The translations under genes were made by a program, and so were the position numbers. Of a stretch of 64,000 bases of DNA, positions 12,501 to 27,600 are shown in pieces. Position 1 is the first letter of the stretch, and every line of letters begins with the position of its first letter. The DNA lies in the NCBI GenBank assembly GCA_040954595.2, contig CM082582.2:12930227-12994226 (forward strand), given 5' to 3'. The stretch comes from Balanoglossus misakiensis. Its lineage: Eukaryota; Animalia; Hemichordata. The notes beneath the pieces were generated by a model, which saw nothing but the letters and a program-made list of their open reading frames with translations, was not told the DNA's origin and did no database searches.

Positions 12501-15500
12501 GGTTTCATTATTTTAGCACGCTGCTATCATAGATGCTTGCTTCTGCATCTGCAAAGACATGTTGGATGTAGGATGGTCAAGGTTTTCTTTGTAATTTCAT
12601 CATCCAGCTGAGTGACATGTACATCCTGCATCCTACATTCACGCTACCCAGCAAATTTAACTTAACTATTTTTGTTGTGCTGTGCTTGAATTCTTTCCCC
12701 AAATGACAGAGCTTGATCCGTGTGGTTCCAACCCATGTCAGAATGATGGCATCTGCACTGCTTACTCCTGCACTTTCTACCTCTGCCAATGCCCAAACTG
12801 CTACTATGGAACTAATTGTGATATACGTATGTATATGTCATATTATGCGCATAACGTCTGGCCATGAGGGTAAACATTCTATAGATATTTGTAGAATTCC
12901 ATCGCCTAGTGAATTTCTATAGAACTTTATAGAATTTCAAAGAACATCTATAGAATTCTATTGCCAAATGAAATTCCATAGAAGTTTATAGAATTTCAAT
13001 AGATAGCTGTAGTATGAGATGTACTCTGAAATAACCAAGATTCTTCAGTATAATTTGTCTGTTCTTATTTAAAGGCTATCCTCTTTGCTTGAATTGCTTC
13101 CTCTTGTCTGGCTGAACTTTTTGCAGTGGCGGTAGATCAAAGCCGCCCTTTCGCTATTTCATACACACTCTAACGATTTTCACTCTCCTTCTCTCTCCAC
13201 ACTTTTTTCTCAATAAACAGTTATGTTTACTTCATGACTTCATGACTCAATGCTGTTTTTCCCCCCAAACTGATGCTTTGTGTGATCCAATGTTCTCTAA
13301 ATCATGACTATAAGCAACCAACTGTGTGCTCAATTCTATCCCACCTGGTGGTAATATTGTGTTTATTTTTTTCCAACACATACAGTACAAGACCCATGTA
13401 GTCAGAATTTCTGTCAGAATAGTGGCACTTGTGTAGGAGTGCCCAATTCATGTACACAATACACTTGCCAGTGTACAGAGTGTTTCACAGGAACCTATTG
13501 CACTACTCGTAAGTACAATGCATTTGTTCATTTCCATCAATAAAGTGGATGAATCTAACATGCTAAGCAATGAAATTATTGTACGTGAGTTGGTATTATT
13601 GATGTCAAAGTTTCCAGAAACAGATGAAGATCCAATCATTTCAATCCAGTGTCTGAATTGTGACTACCTTTAACGAACTTTGACACTTTTTACACACAGG
13701 GCGCAATCCGTGTGAAAATAACCAGTGTCAGAACCAAGCTGTATGCATTGCTTCACAAACCGATTGCTTTCAATATACCTGTCAGTGTGCTGGGTGTTTC
13801 ACGGGTACATACTGTGAAGTCCGTAAGTATTTTTTGTTCAATATTGTGTCTGAACTCTGTGAAATGTTTTGTAGTCTCTATATACAGTATTTCTAGGCCA
13901 TCTGGGCTGACTGAAATGTGATGGAATTCTTTTACTCAATGGGAATTATTCTCGTTTTATAGCTATAGATCCATGCAGTAATAACCAGTGTCAGAATGGT
14001 GGACAGTGTCAGCCGCAAGTTAATTCATGCTCTGCATACACATGTGTTTGTGCTGGATGTTACACTGGACAGTTCTGTACCCAGAGTAAGTAACAATAGT
14101 TCTTCAAAATCTATTTTTGTCAAAATTTCAATTAGCTGTATATTAATTTAAGTGTTCAATTAGCTGTATATTAAATTAAAGTGTTGCATCGTATATTGAA
14201 GGATTTTTTCAAACCCAACATTGCTTGTTTTTTTTCAGGGATAGATCCATGTGCCAATCATTTCTGTCAGAATAATGGTGTCTGTGTGGGGGTTGGAGAC
14301 TCCTGTACACAGTATGAGTGTCAATGTTCAACTTGCTTTACTGGACAGTATTGTACAACACGTAAGTAACTATGGTAACTGAGCTGAATGTAGAGATGAG
14401 TCAGTGGGTCTTGATATAAAATTCAGTGTCAAGTTTTATGGTTGCGGTGTTGTGTGTTGAAAAAACCTCACAGTACAATGGGTGTGAAATTGGTATTTGT
14501 GTTGAATTGCTTGGAATCCAGACACTCTTGCTTCGAGAGCTGATAGTGTATCAGGAAATTTTCAATCATCATGTATATCCAGATTTACTTCCAAAATATG
14601 GCAGCATTTTAGGGCACATGATGTGTCATGTCTGTGTGTAAGTAATAATCGGCCTAGAACTGCTTCCAAAAATGGCAGCTTTTCTGGCCACTTGCTGTGT
14701 TATGAGATGACTGCATGTACCTTTTGTTTGAAAATGTGAAGGGTTAATGTATAAGCTTGAACAATAAAGCATTGTATTTCTGTGCTCTAACAGAAATACA
14801 TGATGTTGTTCAGGCTTAACTCCTCCACATTCCTTCGTCTGATGTTGGATGCACTTGATTTGAGACTAAAAGTCTAATGTCTTTACTGCAGCTTATAAAA
14901 TGCTTTGCATGAAAGAATGTCACAAATGTCTCAGGTTCTGCCCATTCTTTTCGCTGCTTGGCTATTTGTGGTTACTTTGCTTGAGATATATGTCACATTT
15001 CTGTAATCATTGTCTACCAGCAGTCTGTCTTGTTCATCATTTCATTGTTTTTCACTCTCTTGATGTGTTGTTTAATAATTTCATGACTGTGTGTGAGTAG
15101 GATTGAACGCATGCACCAACCATAACTGTCAGAATGGAGGATTTTGTGAAGCCCTGCCTGACTCCTGTACCGACTACACCTGTCGATGTGTTGGATGTTA
15201 CGTCGGACAATTCTGTGATATACGTAAGTCTTGATTTAAATATTTGATATCAAATTATGTCAGATGCACTCAGGCACAGTTACCGGTACGTGGGTATTCA
15301 AAATTCCAGCTGACGGGCAACGTGGTGCAGACGACGACAGTGCAGACAAAATGCCAAGATGCTGATGAAACTTCAATAGGGCCCACCATTTGAGCAAGTA
15401 CACTTGTTTCTATAGATTAATGAATACAAAGTCTTTCAGTTTGTTTCTACTGATGTCTTACAGTATACTACTTGTTTAGAATTATTGACATCATGTTTGT

Positions 15501-15630
15501 TGTTTGGTTTCAGTACAAGATCCATGTCAAGACAACCCCTGTCAGAGTGGTGGTACTTGCACTCCAACTTCATGTTCAACGTATTTCTGTCTGTGCCCGA
15601 CTTGTTTCACTGGGGATAACTGTGAAGTTG
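515..15630 (+). CDS. EGF exons E1-E25 (E1 has 7 Cys, E2-E25 have 8 Cys)
   Basis: Exons: 515-631, 1179-1298, 2338-2472, 2903-3025, 3330-3446, 4272-4394, 4734-4862, 5804-5926, 6291-6407, 7320-7442, 7806-7928, 8436-8558 (GC donor), 8905-9024, 10327-10458, 10725-10841, 10982-11104, 11414-11536, 11997-12119, 12710-12826, 13386-13508, 13700-13822, 13963-14085, 14239-14361, 15101-15223, 15514-15630. Example E10: [40 protein letters not shown]. Confidence 0.92.
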
Positions 15631-18600
15631 GTATGTGGAATTTAGTCTGTCATCAATCTGTCTTGTCATCTGTCTTTTGATCCAGATTGCCAGTCTTTGC
15701 CAACTTGTCTTATGAAGCCAGTCTGATATGAGCTTCATCATTTGAATATGATTATATTTACATTTATGAAAAGACTGTTTAGAAAAGGAAGTCTAGAGTA
15801 GTCTTGTCAAATCATTCAGCTGTGTATTGTCCTTCCAGAACGGATCAGAACATACTGAAAAAAATTGTAAAAATTCAGTTATTCATATTTATTCACTTTT
15901 TGGGCATTATCCTATTAATGATGCATGTTCTTCCTAGCATTAACATAGTTGTTTATTCTCTTCAGCCATCAGTGCGTGTGCCAGTCACCAGTGTCAGAAT
16001 GGAGCCACATGTCAGGGATTGGATGGATCCTGCACTGCTTACACCTGTTCATGTGCTGGTTGTTACGTTGGCCAGTTTTGTACTACGCGTAAGTTCACCC
16101 TTTAATGACAGCTTGATCATGTCACTGTGTCACACCTATATCTTCCCAGTCTTCTCCAACTCCTATAAATGTCTAATGTTGTTCACCTGTTTTGGTCTTT
16201 TTATAGCACTGGATCCTTGCCAGCCCAACCCGTGTGTCAATAATGGATTTTGTATAGGTGTGACAGGCTCATGCACAGAATTTGTGTGCCAGTGTCCGGA
16301 GTGTTACTTTGGTAACAACTGTGAAAATTGTAAGTTCAAACAGTCAATATTGTTAACTTTTGTAAGTCAGCAATGTATCATCAATACTTTCTTCCAAGCA
16401 AGGTACAGAAAGTTATGAAACCAGTCTATACAATGGACAAATTCAACATATCCCATCCAGTCCTCAGAGGCTATTTTAACAATGTTGAAGTGATGAAGAC
16501 ATTTACGTTTAGCCCAGTTATATCTACTTTGCAACTTCTGAAATATGAATAAACAAATACAACTTCAATATGATGAGTATATGACTAATATACATCTTTT
16601 TTTTTACTTGACTAGATGTGGATGCTTGTGGGGAACATCAGTGTTTGAATGGCGCTGTTTGTGTGGCTGTTGTTGGGTCATGTTCGCAATATACATGTCA
16701 GTGTACTGGGTGTTACACCGGACAGTTCTGTGAAGTCTGTAAGTACATATATATTTTTTTCTTCTGAAAGGGTAAAATGTGTGCAGATGTATGTATGTGT
16801 AAAAAGTGTGTATGAGTGCAAAGTATATGTGTACTTTATGCTAGTGTTACAAAACAAGAATTCTAATGCATAATATGAAATTCAAATAACTGTCAAGTGT
16901 TCTTTCAAAATGGATCCATGGATCATTCCAATCGTTTCTTTTTTACAGTACAAGATCCATGTGCACCTAACCCTTGCGGCAATGGTGGAGGGTGCCTGAC
17001 CATCACTGGATCATGTACAGCCTACCAATGTACTTGTCCAAATTGCTACATTGGATTCAACTGTGAAACATGTAAGTCTAACTTCTCAGTTATGAATTAT
17101 TTCAATGCATTTTGGTTAATAAAGCTGTATTGTGTGATTAAGTGATCGTATCTTCTTGACTTACATTACAAGATCATTTTATTTATTTTATTTTCAGTGC
17201 AAGATCCATGTGCTAATCACTTTTGTCAAAATGGAGGCACCTGTGTTGGTGTTGAAGACTCTTGTACTCAATACACCTGTACTTGCCCAGCCTGTTACAC
17301 TGGAACTTACTGCACAGTTTGTAAGTATAGATATCATTCTCAGCTTGATGAGTCAACATTGAATAGTAAGACAGATTTGACTTTAGTTTTCTCTGGCATT
17401 TCAATTTGGCTAATACTTACAATGTTTTGTACCCCTTTTTCGGTAGTGGTGAATCCTTGTCAGAATAACCAGTGCCAGAACAATGCTTTCTGTGTTCCTG
17501 TCTCTGGATCTTGCACTGACTACACATGCACCTGTATCGGATGTTTTGAGGGTCAATTCTGTCAAACACGTAGGTATTCCTTCATTATTAAAATGAACTT
17601 CTGTCAAGTTTTCATTGAAATGTCTGAATGTCTAGAGTCAGTTCTTCATTAGGACAATTTCCTGTCATTATTTGCGTCAGAAGAATTGATCTGATGTGAA
17701 AGATAAGTTACGCCATCAGTATGTTAAATATTAATGTACACAGACATCATACAATATATGTTCTAAAATAGTACACATGATTTCAACATACACTCTATTT
17801 TAATTCTGCGTGTTCTCTTATTCCTGAAGCACAAAACCCATGCGATGGTAATCTCTGTCAAAATGGTGCTGCCTGCGTAGCTATCCCCAATTCATGTTCA
17901 GGATACACATGCCAGTGTCTAACTTGCTACACTGGGCAGTACTGCCAGATCTGTAAGTATCACCAACAACATCATAATAAATAAATAAATGATCTTCTTA
18001 TTGTCTGAGTGTTAGGGGTTTCATCTATTGAGTTTTAGGAATTTTTAAAAGAAATTAATTGCTTGCTTGCTTGATTGATTGATTGATTGATTGAGTGACG
18101 GACTGACTGATTGATATATTAATTGATTGTTTGATAGAAAAAATTAGCACGTTACCCCTGATTGTTGTATTTCAAAGAGACTACATGTACATTGTGTAGC
18201 AAACACTTGTTTTAGTTTAAGACTATTAGGCATCTTTAACCTTGATTTCAATTCTGTTTCCACTTACAGTGCAAGATCCTTGTGCCAATGATTTCTGTCA
18301 GAATGGGGCCACTTGTGTTGCAGTCCAGAATTCCTGTGTTGAGTACACTTGTTCATGTCCAACTTGTTACACAGGAACATATTGTACAATCTGTAAGTAC
18401 CCACTTTCTATAGAGTCAATTTTTATGAATGAAATTACATGCAGTTCACTGCAGAATCTGACATTTACTTGATCTGTGGTCTACCGGGGTATTTATCAAA
18501 TTGATAAGCTTGTTTGCATTTTAGTACAACTGTAGTATATATGTTACAGCATTTCTGTCTACATCAATCTTTTTCTCGAAGCAGCATTATCCATGTATTT

Positions 18601-21600
18601 CACACACATCAATGCACTTGCAATTTATAGAAAAAAACTTCTCTTTCTATTCTACTCAGTACTGAATGCTTGTGATAATCACCTCTGTCAGAATAATGGT
18701 GGATGCATCCCGGTTGTCGACTCCTGTACGGAATACACCTGTCAGTGTCCTGGTTGCTACGTTGGTCAGTTCTGTGAAACCTGTAAGTATTTTAAAAAAA
18801 TCTCTTATCATTAACTTGAGATGCCAAGATTTTCTTCAGTGCCATTTATGTGCTGTATCATTCCTTAGGAACAAACATATCCAGAGCAATGAAATTGTCA
18901 TCTGAATAGTCTGATGAAAGTATGATGTTTTTGTTAATTGTACCAGTGACTGAAAATAATTGATACTTTTATTTCTACATACAGTTTTGAATCCCTGTGA
19001 TAACAGCCAGTGTCAGAATGGAGGCGCTTGCATTCAAGTCAGTGGTTCATGTACAGCATACACCTGTCAATGTACTGGATGTTACAGTGGAGAATTCTGC
19101 ACGATTTGTAAGTATCATCTTCTGACTGTATGTAGTAGAATCCTAGCTCTAAATCTTTTTTTGTCATGATGATGCTTGAAGGATGGAATAATATATATAT
19201 AATGATGAAACTTTTTTTGCAGTGTCTGATCCTTGCCAACCGAATCCGTGTGGAAATGGTGGAACCTGTAATGGAATTCCAGGATCTTGCACTGGATACC
19301 AGTGTGCTTGTCAAGGCTGTTACTTTGGACTTACTTGTGAAAACTGTGAGTATGATTTTTGCTTTATTTTGATTCATTGAACAATCAATTGAATGAAAGG
19401 ATGAGTAAGTTAGAGAGAGATTGTACTAATTAAAATATTTTATTTGCCTTTTTTAACAGTGCGGGATCCATGTTCCAATCACTTCTGTCAAAACGGAGGT
19501 ACATGTGTTGGTGTTCAGGGATCCTGTACGGAATACACTTGTCAGTGTACGGAGTGTTATGAAGGACGGTACTGCACTACACGTGAGTATCTCAAGCGTT
19601 CCCTCACAAAGGCATTCTAGAAACATCTATGGAATTCTATAGAACTTCTATCGAGCTTTTATAGAATTTTTATAGAATTTCAATGGACACTGATAGATTT
19701 CAGTGTAGTTTGGACGCTCGAAACATCAAGCTTTAGAATGCTATAGAACTGTATAGAAATTGTTGTTGTGAGAGTCAATTTATATTCCTGGGATTTGTAC
19801 TTGCATGGAATACCCTTGAATTTGACACCATTTTATTGAATAATATATCTCTGTTTTACTCCCTTCAGCTAAAAATCCCTGTCTGACTCATGAGTGTCAG
19901 AACAATGCCTTCTGTCTGCCTGTCGTGGGATCATGTTTAGATTACACATGCTCGTGTAATGGATGTTTCTCAGGACAATACTGTGATATACGTAAGTTAA
20001 TACCAATAATATTTACAGTGACAGTTAGAGATTGTTGAATAACTCGTAATGTGAAATGAAATACATTAACCCAGACAAGTTAATAGTATATTAATACATC
20101 TATGGTTAATAGTTTAGAAATGTGCTGTCATTACATTTTGTAATTGTATACAATTTGTTAACACTATAACAATGTTTTTGTTGTTGTTTTATTTGCAGCA
20201 ATCATTGCATGCGATAATAACCAGTGTCTGAACGGTGCTACCTGCGAAAATGTACCAGGATCATGTTCTTCCTACAATTGTATCTGTGCTGGCTGTTACA
20301 CTGGCCAGTACTGTCAAACATGTAAGTCTTGCAAATAACAAACAATGATTTCCTATTGTCAAAACCTATCAATTTTTATTTTCACTAAATTGTGATAAAT
20401 TCTTTGTTTATATTTTGTGGTTTTTATCATTTACATTTTGAAAGGTGTATGTTTGTGTGCCAGTGCCAACCTTTTGACAAATTTCCTTGTTTCCACTAAA
20501 CTTTCTCTTACAGTACTGGATCCATGTTCCAATCATTTCTGTCAGAACGGTGGACAATGTGCACCTGAACCAAACTCTTGTACCCAGTATTCTTGTACAT
20601 GTCCTGGATGTTACACAGGCCTATATTGCCAAACTTGTAAGTACAGAGTTGCTTTCATCTCGAACATGTCTTAATTTTTTCAATAACCGGAAATGTGTTG
20701 TGTAACATTGTATGGTAAAGCTGTCTGAACCAAACCCTGTGTAATCTGGAAACCTGTCTATACCGAACACCCTTTCCAGGCCATTCCACATAGAATTGTC
20801 AATTGAAAACAAACTATGACAGATGTTGTTTTTGATCAAAATGGTTTTGAACAAACTGAAAGTGATGACGTTTTGTGTAATTTTGTATAAAGTTTAAGTC
20901 GTCTCTTCATTAAAATTTGTCCTTCTGTTTGATTTTCAGTGCAAAACCCGTGTCAGAACAGTGCATGTCAGAATGGTGGTCTTTGTGTTCCACAAGATGG
21001 CTCCTGCTCGGAATACACTTGTCAATGTAGTGGATGTTACACTGGCCAGTTCTGTACAGTCCGTAAGTATTCAAACTGACAAAGTGACATCGTTTGAGTT
21101 GTTCCATCTGAGGAGGTCTTCTGCTTGCTGGGACATTTTGAATCGTTAGTTATGAAAACTTTCATCATTTTATGTTTAAATTGAGGGTTTGCATTCTTGC
21201 CATATATATTAATTTCAATCCTTTGAAGTATTCATGTTTGTTGTGTATCTGTTTCGGCCACAGTATTGGACCCATGTGATAATCATCAATGTCAAAACAA
21301 CGCTATCTGTGTTGCTGTGACCGGGTCTTGTACGGACTATACATGCAATTGTATAGGTTGTTTCACTGGCGAATTCTGTCAGACACGTAAGTTATGTACT
21401 GCTTTTTTTAGCTTGACAAAGTCAGAAGTGAACTTTAGTAGGTGAAGGATTGATTTCATCATCATTGTTTTGAACCTCTATAGTAGCTAGTAAAATGTGC
21501 AGGTTGTTAAGAGAATAGTTTTGCATATTCCATGAAAGTCACACACAAAGCACTGAAAGGCTGTTTCATATATGAAACATGCACCTTTATTGTCATGTTT

Positions 21601-24600
21601 TTGCTTTTTACATTCTATTTTTAATAAACTTTTGTATTTATTTTTTGACAGCTACTGATGCATGCGACAATAACCAGTGTCAGAATGGCGGTATCTGTCA
21701 GGCCATCCCAGGATCCTGCACCTTATACCAGTGTAATTGTGTTGGGTGTTTCAGTGGACAATTCTGTACAGTTGGTAAGTCTTTTTATATGCGGTGCATA
21801 CAATTGCTTTATACAATTGAACCAGTGCATTTTGATAGTTTTGATAGTCAGTGTGATACCCTCCAATATTCACACTTTTCTGTCATTTTATTACAGCGTT
21901 GGATCCATGTGAAAACAACTTCTGTCAAAGTGGCGGTACCTGTGTGGGTGTCCCTGGTTCCTGTTCCGAATACACCTGCCAATGTCCAGGATGTTACACT
22001 GGTGTCTACTGTCAAACCTGTGAGTATGTGGATGTGGTGGTGGTTGCTATGGAGATGCCACCATTGTTTCCCTGGTTAAAAACTACTTGCTGACGATGCA
22101 GACATCCTCTGAGATTGTCACCAGTTGATCTATGGACACAACAGCTATGTTAGTGTACAGGATTTGATCATGACTAGTGCATTTTTTTTCATGCATGTAT
22201 TCTGGATCAAATTGTACAGTTATTGTTGAATTTGAGATGTACAGTTATATAAACTCTATTTTTTTAAATTTGAAGAACATTTATCTGAGGTACCCTGTAC
22301 TTTTGTAATATTTTTGCAGTACGAGACCCTTGCCAGAATAATTTCTGTCAAAATGGTGGTGTTTGTATCGGTGTAACTGGTTCATGTTCTGAGTATACTT
22401 GTCAATGTACTGGATGCTATACAGGAGAGTTTTGCACAGTCCGTAAGTATACACCTATCTTATCCATTCCATGTCCATTCATGTCGTGACTTGTATTGAA
22501 ATAAATTTAGAAGTTTCAGGATAAATTTAGAAGTTTCAAAAATGATTTTGTATCTTTGTGCTTCAGTTGAAGATCCCTGTGATGGCCACCTTTGTCAGAA
22601 TAATGGTGCATGTATTGGCCAACCTAATTCCTGTACAGAATATACTTGTCAGTGCAATGGATGCTTTACAGGGGATTACTGTCAAACAGGTAAGTTGACA
22701 ATGAATGTAACTGTTGACCAGAGATATACTGTACAGTACTACGAAAGATCAATATCAAACAAAAAATGTTTAATTAACACAAATAAGTATAAAATACAAG
22801 TTATATCATTATTTGGCTCCCCATTAGTAACTGTGACTTTTTGATCATCTTGAAAAGAATGTAGTAACTACACCCTTCAAACATAATTATCATAATACAA
22901 TAATGTGTTTTAATAATCACAGTGCTTAATTAAAATTACAGCACCATGATGATACTGTTGTGTGTTAGAATTTACATCAAATCCATCACACATGGCAAAA
23001 TTTCTAGTACCTTAATAATACACACACTCTTACACACACACATGCACGTACGCACGCATGCACGCACAGACACACACATACCGGTACATACATACATAAA
23101 CAGACAGACACTCAGACAAATTGAAGAAAAAAAGAACAAGCTTATGCTTCACAAGCAGCATTTTATAAAATCTCAATAATTCTAAGCAAGCTTGGATTTT
23201 TTTCAAATGCACATGATTTGCTCAGAAAATGCTTGAGGTATGCATATTGTTTGAAAGTAGTGGCAACAACAGAATCAGATGTATTGCAATCAAACCATTC
23301 TGAATTTATAAGAAGATAATGTTTATAACAAGTAAAGATCTAATATTTTGAGCAAGTGATGGTGTAACCACCATTACTTTAGCAGAAAGTGTGGATAATT
23401 TTAATAAAAAGTATGCATAGTATTTTTTTTCTGATATTTATTATTTTTTATACCTTTTGAACTAATATTTCTGATCTCTATTTCAGTAACTGTTCTGTTC
23501 ATATTCAACAGGCACAAAAGGACATAGTCAACAACCATAACATCAGCTTTGTTATTTTTTATGTTTCATAAAGTGTTGCATGAATGCTGTTATATGTTAG
23601 TCATGTAATGTTAGCTTGAGTTCATGCCACCTTTTATATGCACGCAAACTGTATATTCTGCTCACAAGAATTGCGCCACTTGAGGTTATTTACTAGCATG
23701 GCACTTGTGTTCTTGGTTTTCAATTTGACTTTCTGTCTTTTGACTCTGTGCCTCTGAGTTGGATTTCTCTCGATATGTGGTCTTGCTGCAGCAGATTATC
23801 TCCTTGTATTCTGCGTGAAAACTAGTACAGATTTTATGTAAGGTATTGCAGGTCTAATGAAATGAGTTTGCTGAATGAAAAAAAAAAAAAACATAATTGC
23901 ATTATCGATAATGAAGCAGAAAAAAGTCACAGTGTCTGATAAAGTGACATATTTTTTATCCGTTCAGATATCAACCTGATGAAAAACCAATGGCACAAAA
24001 CATCACTCATTAAATTTAGAATCATTTTAGAACTTCTTTGTGAACCACTATATTACATTTGACAGCAAACAAATCAAGTCGTAAAACAATTGTGTATTTT
24101 GATGATAAATTTGAATCCATCTGGTGAATTTTGTTGTCCAAAGGAGTTTTCATCAGGTGTCCTAAAATAATGTGTTGGAATGATCCGTTGTTGAAATGAT
24201 GCATTTTGAGGAAGATCCTGTTTTGTTACCATGGTGAAAACTCAGCAAACTGCATTTATTAAGAGACTTGCACAGCCTTATAACTGTTACAATTCATTTG
24301 ATTAATTCTGGTTTGTATGTTTATTTTCCGACCTTAACCAGCAATCAGTGCATGTGCAAACCATAACTGCCAGAATAATGGTGGTTGCGTACCTGTACCT
24401 GGGTCCTGTACTGCATATACTTGTCAATGTACTGGCTGCTTTACTGGACAATTTTGTACCATTGGTAAGTAGCAATTAAAACATTCAATTAACCCTTTTG
24501 CCCCATGTCCCTTTTCTGAGGCCTTAATTTACCGTAGAAAACAATGGATATGGACCAAACCATAGTAGTGAAACGATTAAAAAGGAACTTTGCACTCTGT

Positions 24601-27600
24601 TTTAGAGTAAATATTGCAAAATGTGGTTTACAAGTTGTTTGAATATACACTGCTTCATTCCAGAGATGGCCAATTATTTCAAAACTGATTATCAACTGTC
24701 AGGATGTTAACAGCACAATCCTTAAATATTGAACTTATTCATTCATGGAAAATTTCACAAATGTATGATTGTACACCTTGAAATATGTGAGAGATATCAC
24801 TTTTTTTCTGTTTTATACTGTAGCGTTGGATCCATGCTCGACGAACTTCTGTCAAAATGGTGGTACCTGTGTGGGTGTGCCTGGATCCTGTACGGATTAC
24901 ACATGTCAGTGCTCAACTTGTTATACTGGTGATTACTGCACCGCAGGTAAGTTTTTATGTTTTTTATTCGGCTGGTAGATTGTTATCGTTTCTTTTAGCT
25001 TGATTTTGAGAATTACATACCGGTAGATGTTGAGATGCAACTCACTCTCAACAAGCTCATACATATTCTTATAATCATCTCTGAAAGATGTTTTATTTCA
25101 TCTACACACGTTTTATTTCTCAGTGATCGATCCCTGCCAAAGTAACCAGTGTCAGAATGGTGGTATCTGTGTTCCTGTACCAAATTCTTGCACACAATAC
25201 ACATGTCAGTGTAGTGGCTGTTATGCTGGAGAGTTCTGTCAAATTTGTAAGTACCAGTACTACATGCATGTCAATCTTTCCCATAGTACAATCTATCCAT
25301 ATTACCAAACAGTGTAGATATGTCATATTGAACAAAATGTGTATGTACATTCATAGACAATGGAGACTAAACATTGCTTTGAGTGCCTAATTATATATTC
25401 ATCAAAACCATCACATGTGAATGACAAATGCAAAAATAGGCTGATGATACATGTATATGGTATTTACTGTTGCGTTACTTTTTTGTAATATCAAAACAAT
25501 GCACACACCAACTCATTTTTTACGGTTTATGTTTTATGCTTCATTGGATATACTAAACTAATAAGCATCAAAACTGTTCTTATCAATATTCATTTTCTTT
25601 TGTGTCATTTTCCCCCCAAAAGACCAAGATCCGTGTAATAACAACCCATGTCAAAATGGTGGTGCCTGCTCTTCATTTGGTACAAATTGTTTTCAATATA
25701 GTTGTCAGTGTGTGGGCTGCTACGTTGGACAACAATGCACAACATGTAAGATTTCTTTCACAAATTTAAGATTTGCCAGTTTGCTCTCAGTTAATGTAAT
25801 ATATGACTGAAAAAAATCGTCATTTGAGCGTTTTTATGATGGTGCTGTCATGAACAGCACCTCCAAGTGACCAGAGTGATGTACTCCCATTGATTTGTAT
25901 AATTCTCTTCCAGTGCAAGATCCATGCGCCAATCATTTCTGTCAGAACGGTGGTACCTGCAATCCAACATCTTGTACCCAATACTCATGTCAGTGCCCAG
26001 CATGCTTTACAGGACAGTATTGCACAACACGTGAGTACAGTTTCAATAAATAAAGTGCTTGAAGTTACAGAATATAGTTGAACATTGTAAAACTCTCAAA
26101 ATGTAACTATGAGTTGTACTCTGTAACCCTTTCACCCCGGTTCCAATCTTACCATATAGGAAACAATGAGTTTGGACTGAACCATGGTGGTGAAAGTGAT
26201 TTTGAATATACATGTACACTGACATTAAACTTTCCATTATTGTATTCCAGCCATCAACCCATGTACTGTTAGTAATCAATGTCAGAATGGTGCAGCATGC
26301 ATACCTGTGTCTGGATCATGCACTGAATACTCATGTCAATGTACTGGATGTTTCTCTGGACAGTACTGTACAGTCCGTAAGTCTACCGTAATTTTGAATG
26401 TTTTTGGAATGAATTTTATCACAACTACATCCATCCAATATGTTGCTATATGTGAAAAATAAAGTTAAAATGTAAAACACAGGTTTGCCAGTGATAGCTT
26501 TTGATTCTATTTCACATTCTCGTCTTCCTCCACAGTTTTAGACCAATGTCAACCAAACCCTTGCGTAAATAATGGTGCATGCAGAGCCATTCAAGGGTCT
26601 TGCACTGCGTTTCAGTGTAATTGCCCACAATGTTACACTGGACTCAACTGCCAAACTGGTAAGTAACACGCTGAATGTTATCCAATGATGTGATGTGTAT
26701 TATAAGATGGGCCCATTAACTTCTGATGTTTGTATCTCAGTTGAAGTTTTCATGTTCAATGAACATATTTCAGTTATGTTTTATAATGTATGGTTTCATA
26801 TACAGAGTTGAATGCTTGCAACAATCACTTCTGTCAGAATGGAGGAACATGTGTGCAGACACCAGGATCTTGTACTGAATACACTTGTGTTTGTCCAGAG
26901 TGTTACACAGGCACATACTGTACCCAAGGTAAAAATCATGCCACATTCATGTCTTTTGGTTGTATGCCCCTTGATGATACCTTTGGTAATTAGCATCGTG
27001 TCGAACATTATTTTCTGTCTGAGTCTGGCCGGACAGAGGACAACTCAAGTTGGCAACTGGCCCAATAGTAGACGAAGTCTTTTATACATTGATTCACCAT
27101 TTAAATTCTAATGCCATTCTTTACTTTTCTAACAGCAATCAACCCATGCGCGAACCACCAGTGTCAGAATGGAGCTGGCTGCATCCCTGTGGCTAACTCA
27201 TGCACAGAATATACCTGTTCGTGCCCTGCATGCTACATCGGAATTTACTGTCAAACATGTGAGTAGTATGCTGTACTATACAAATAATAAAATCCTAAAC
27301 TTTCTAAACGTCAAGTGTGTTCAACACAAAAAGCTTGATATGAAAAGAAAAACGTGAAAAAAAGGAGTAATAGATAAAAATGGTTATCTTCTCTTCATTG
27401 TCATCTGTTGGTGTTTGTTTTACAGTCCAAGATCCTTGTCAAAATAACCAATGCCAGAATGGAGGTCAGTGTGTGGCTATACCAGGATCATGTACTCTCT
27501 ACACTTGCACATGCCCTGGATGCTACACAGGAACTTACTGCGAGACATGTAAGTTAATAACCTATGCTAGCAATAGACCATAGTCCATTTACTACAAGAA

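Noticed and set aside
13127-13217. Possible alternative terminal exon (ttttgcag|..[14 protein letters not shown], then AATAAA)
   Set aside because: Acceptor-like and AATAAA matches are common in this AT-rich DNA; no independent support without RNA data.
23698-23840. Hydrophobic [19 protein letters not shown] in the longest intron as an internal signal-peptide exon
   Set aside because: In-frame TGA follows before any suitable phase-1 donor.
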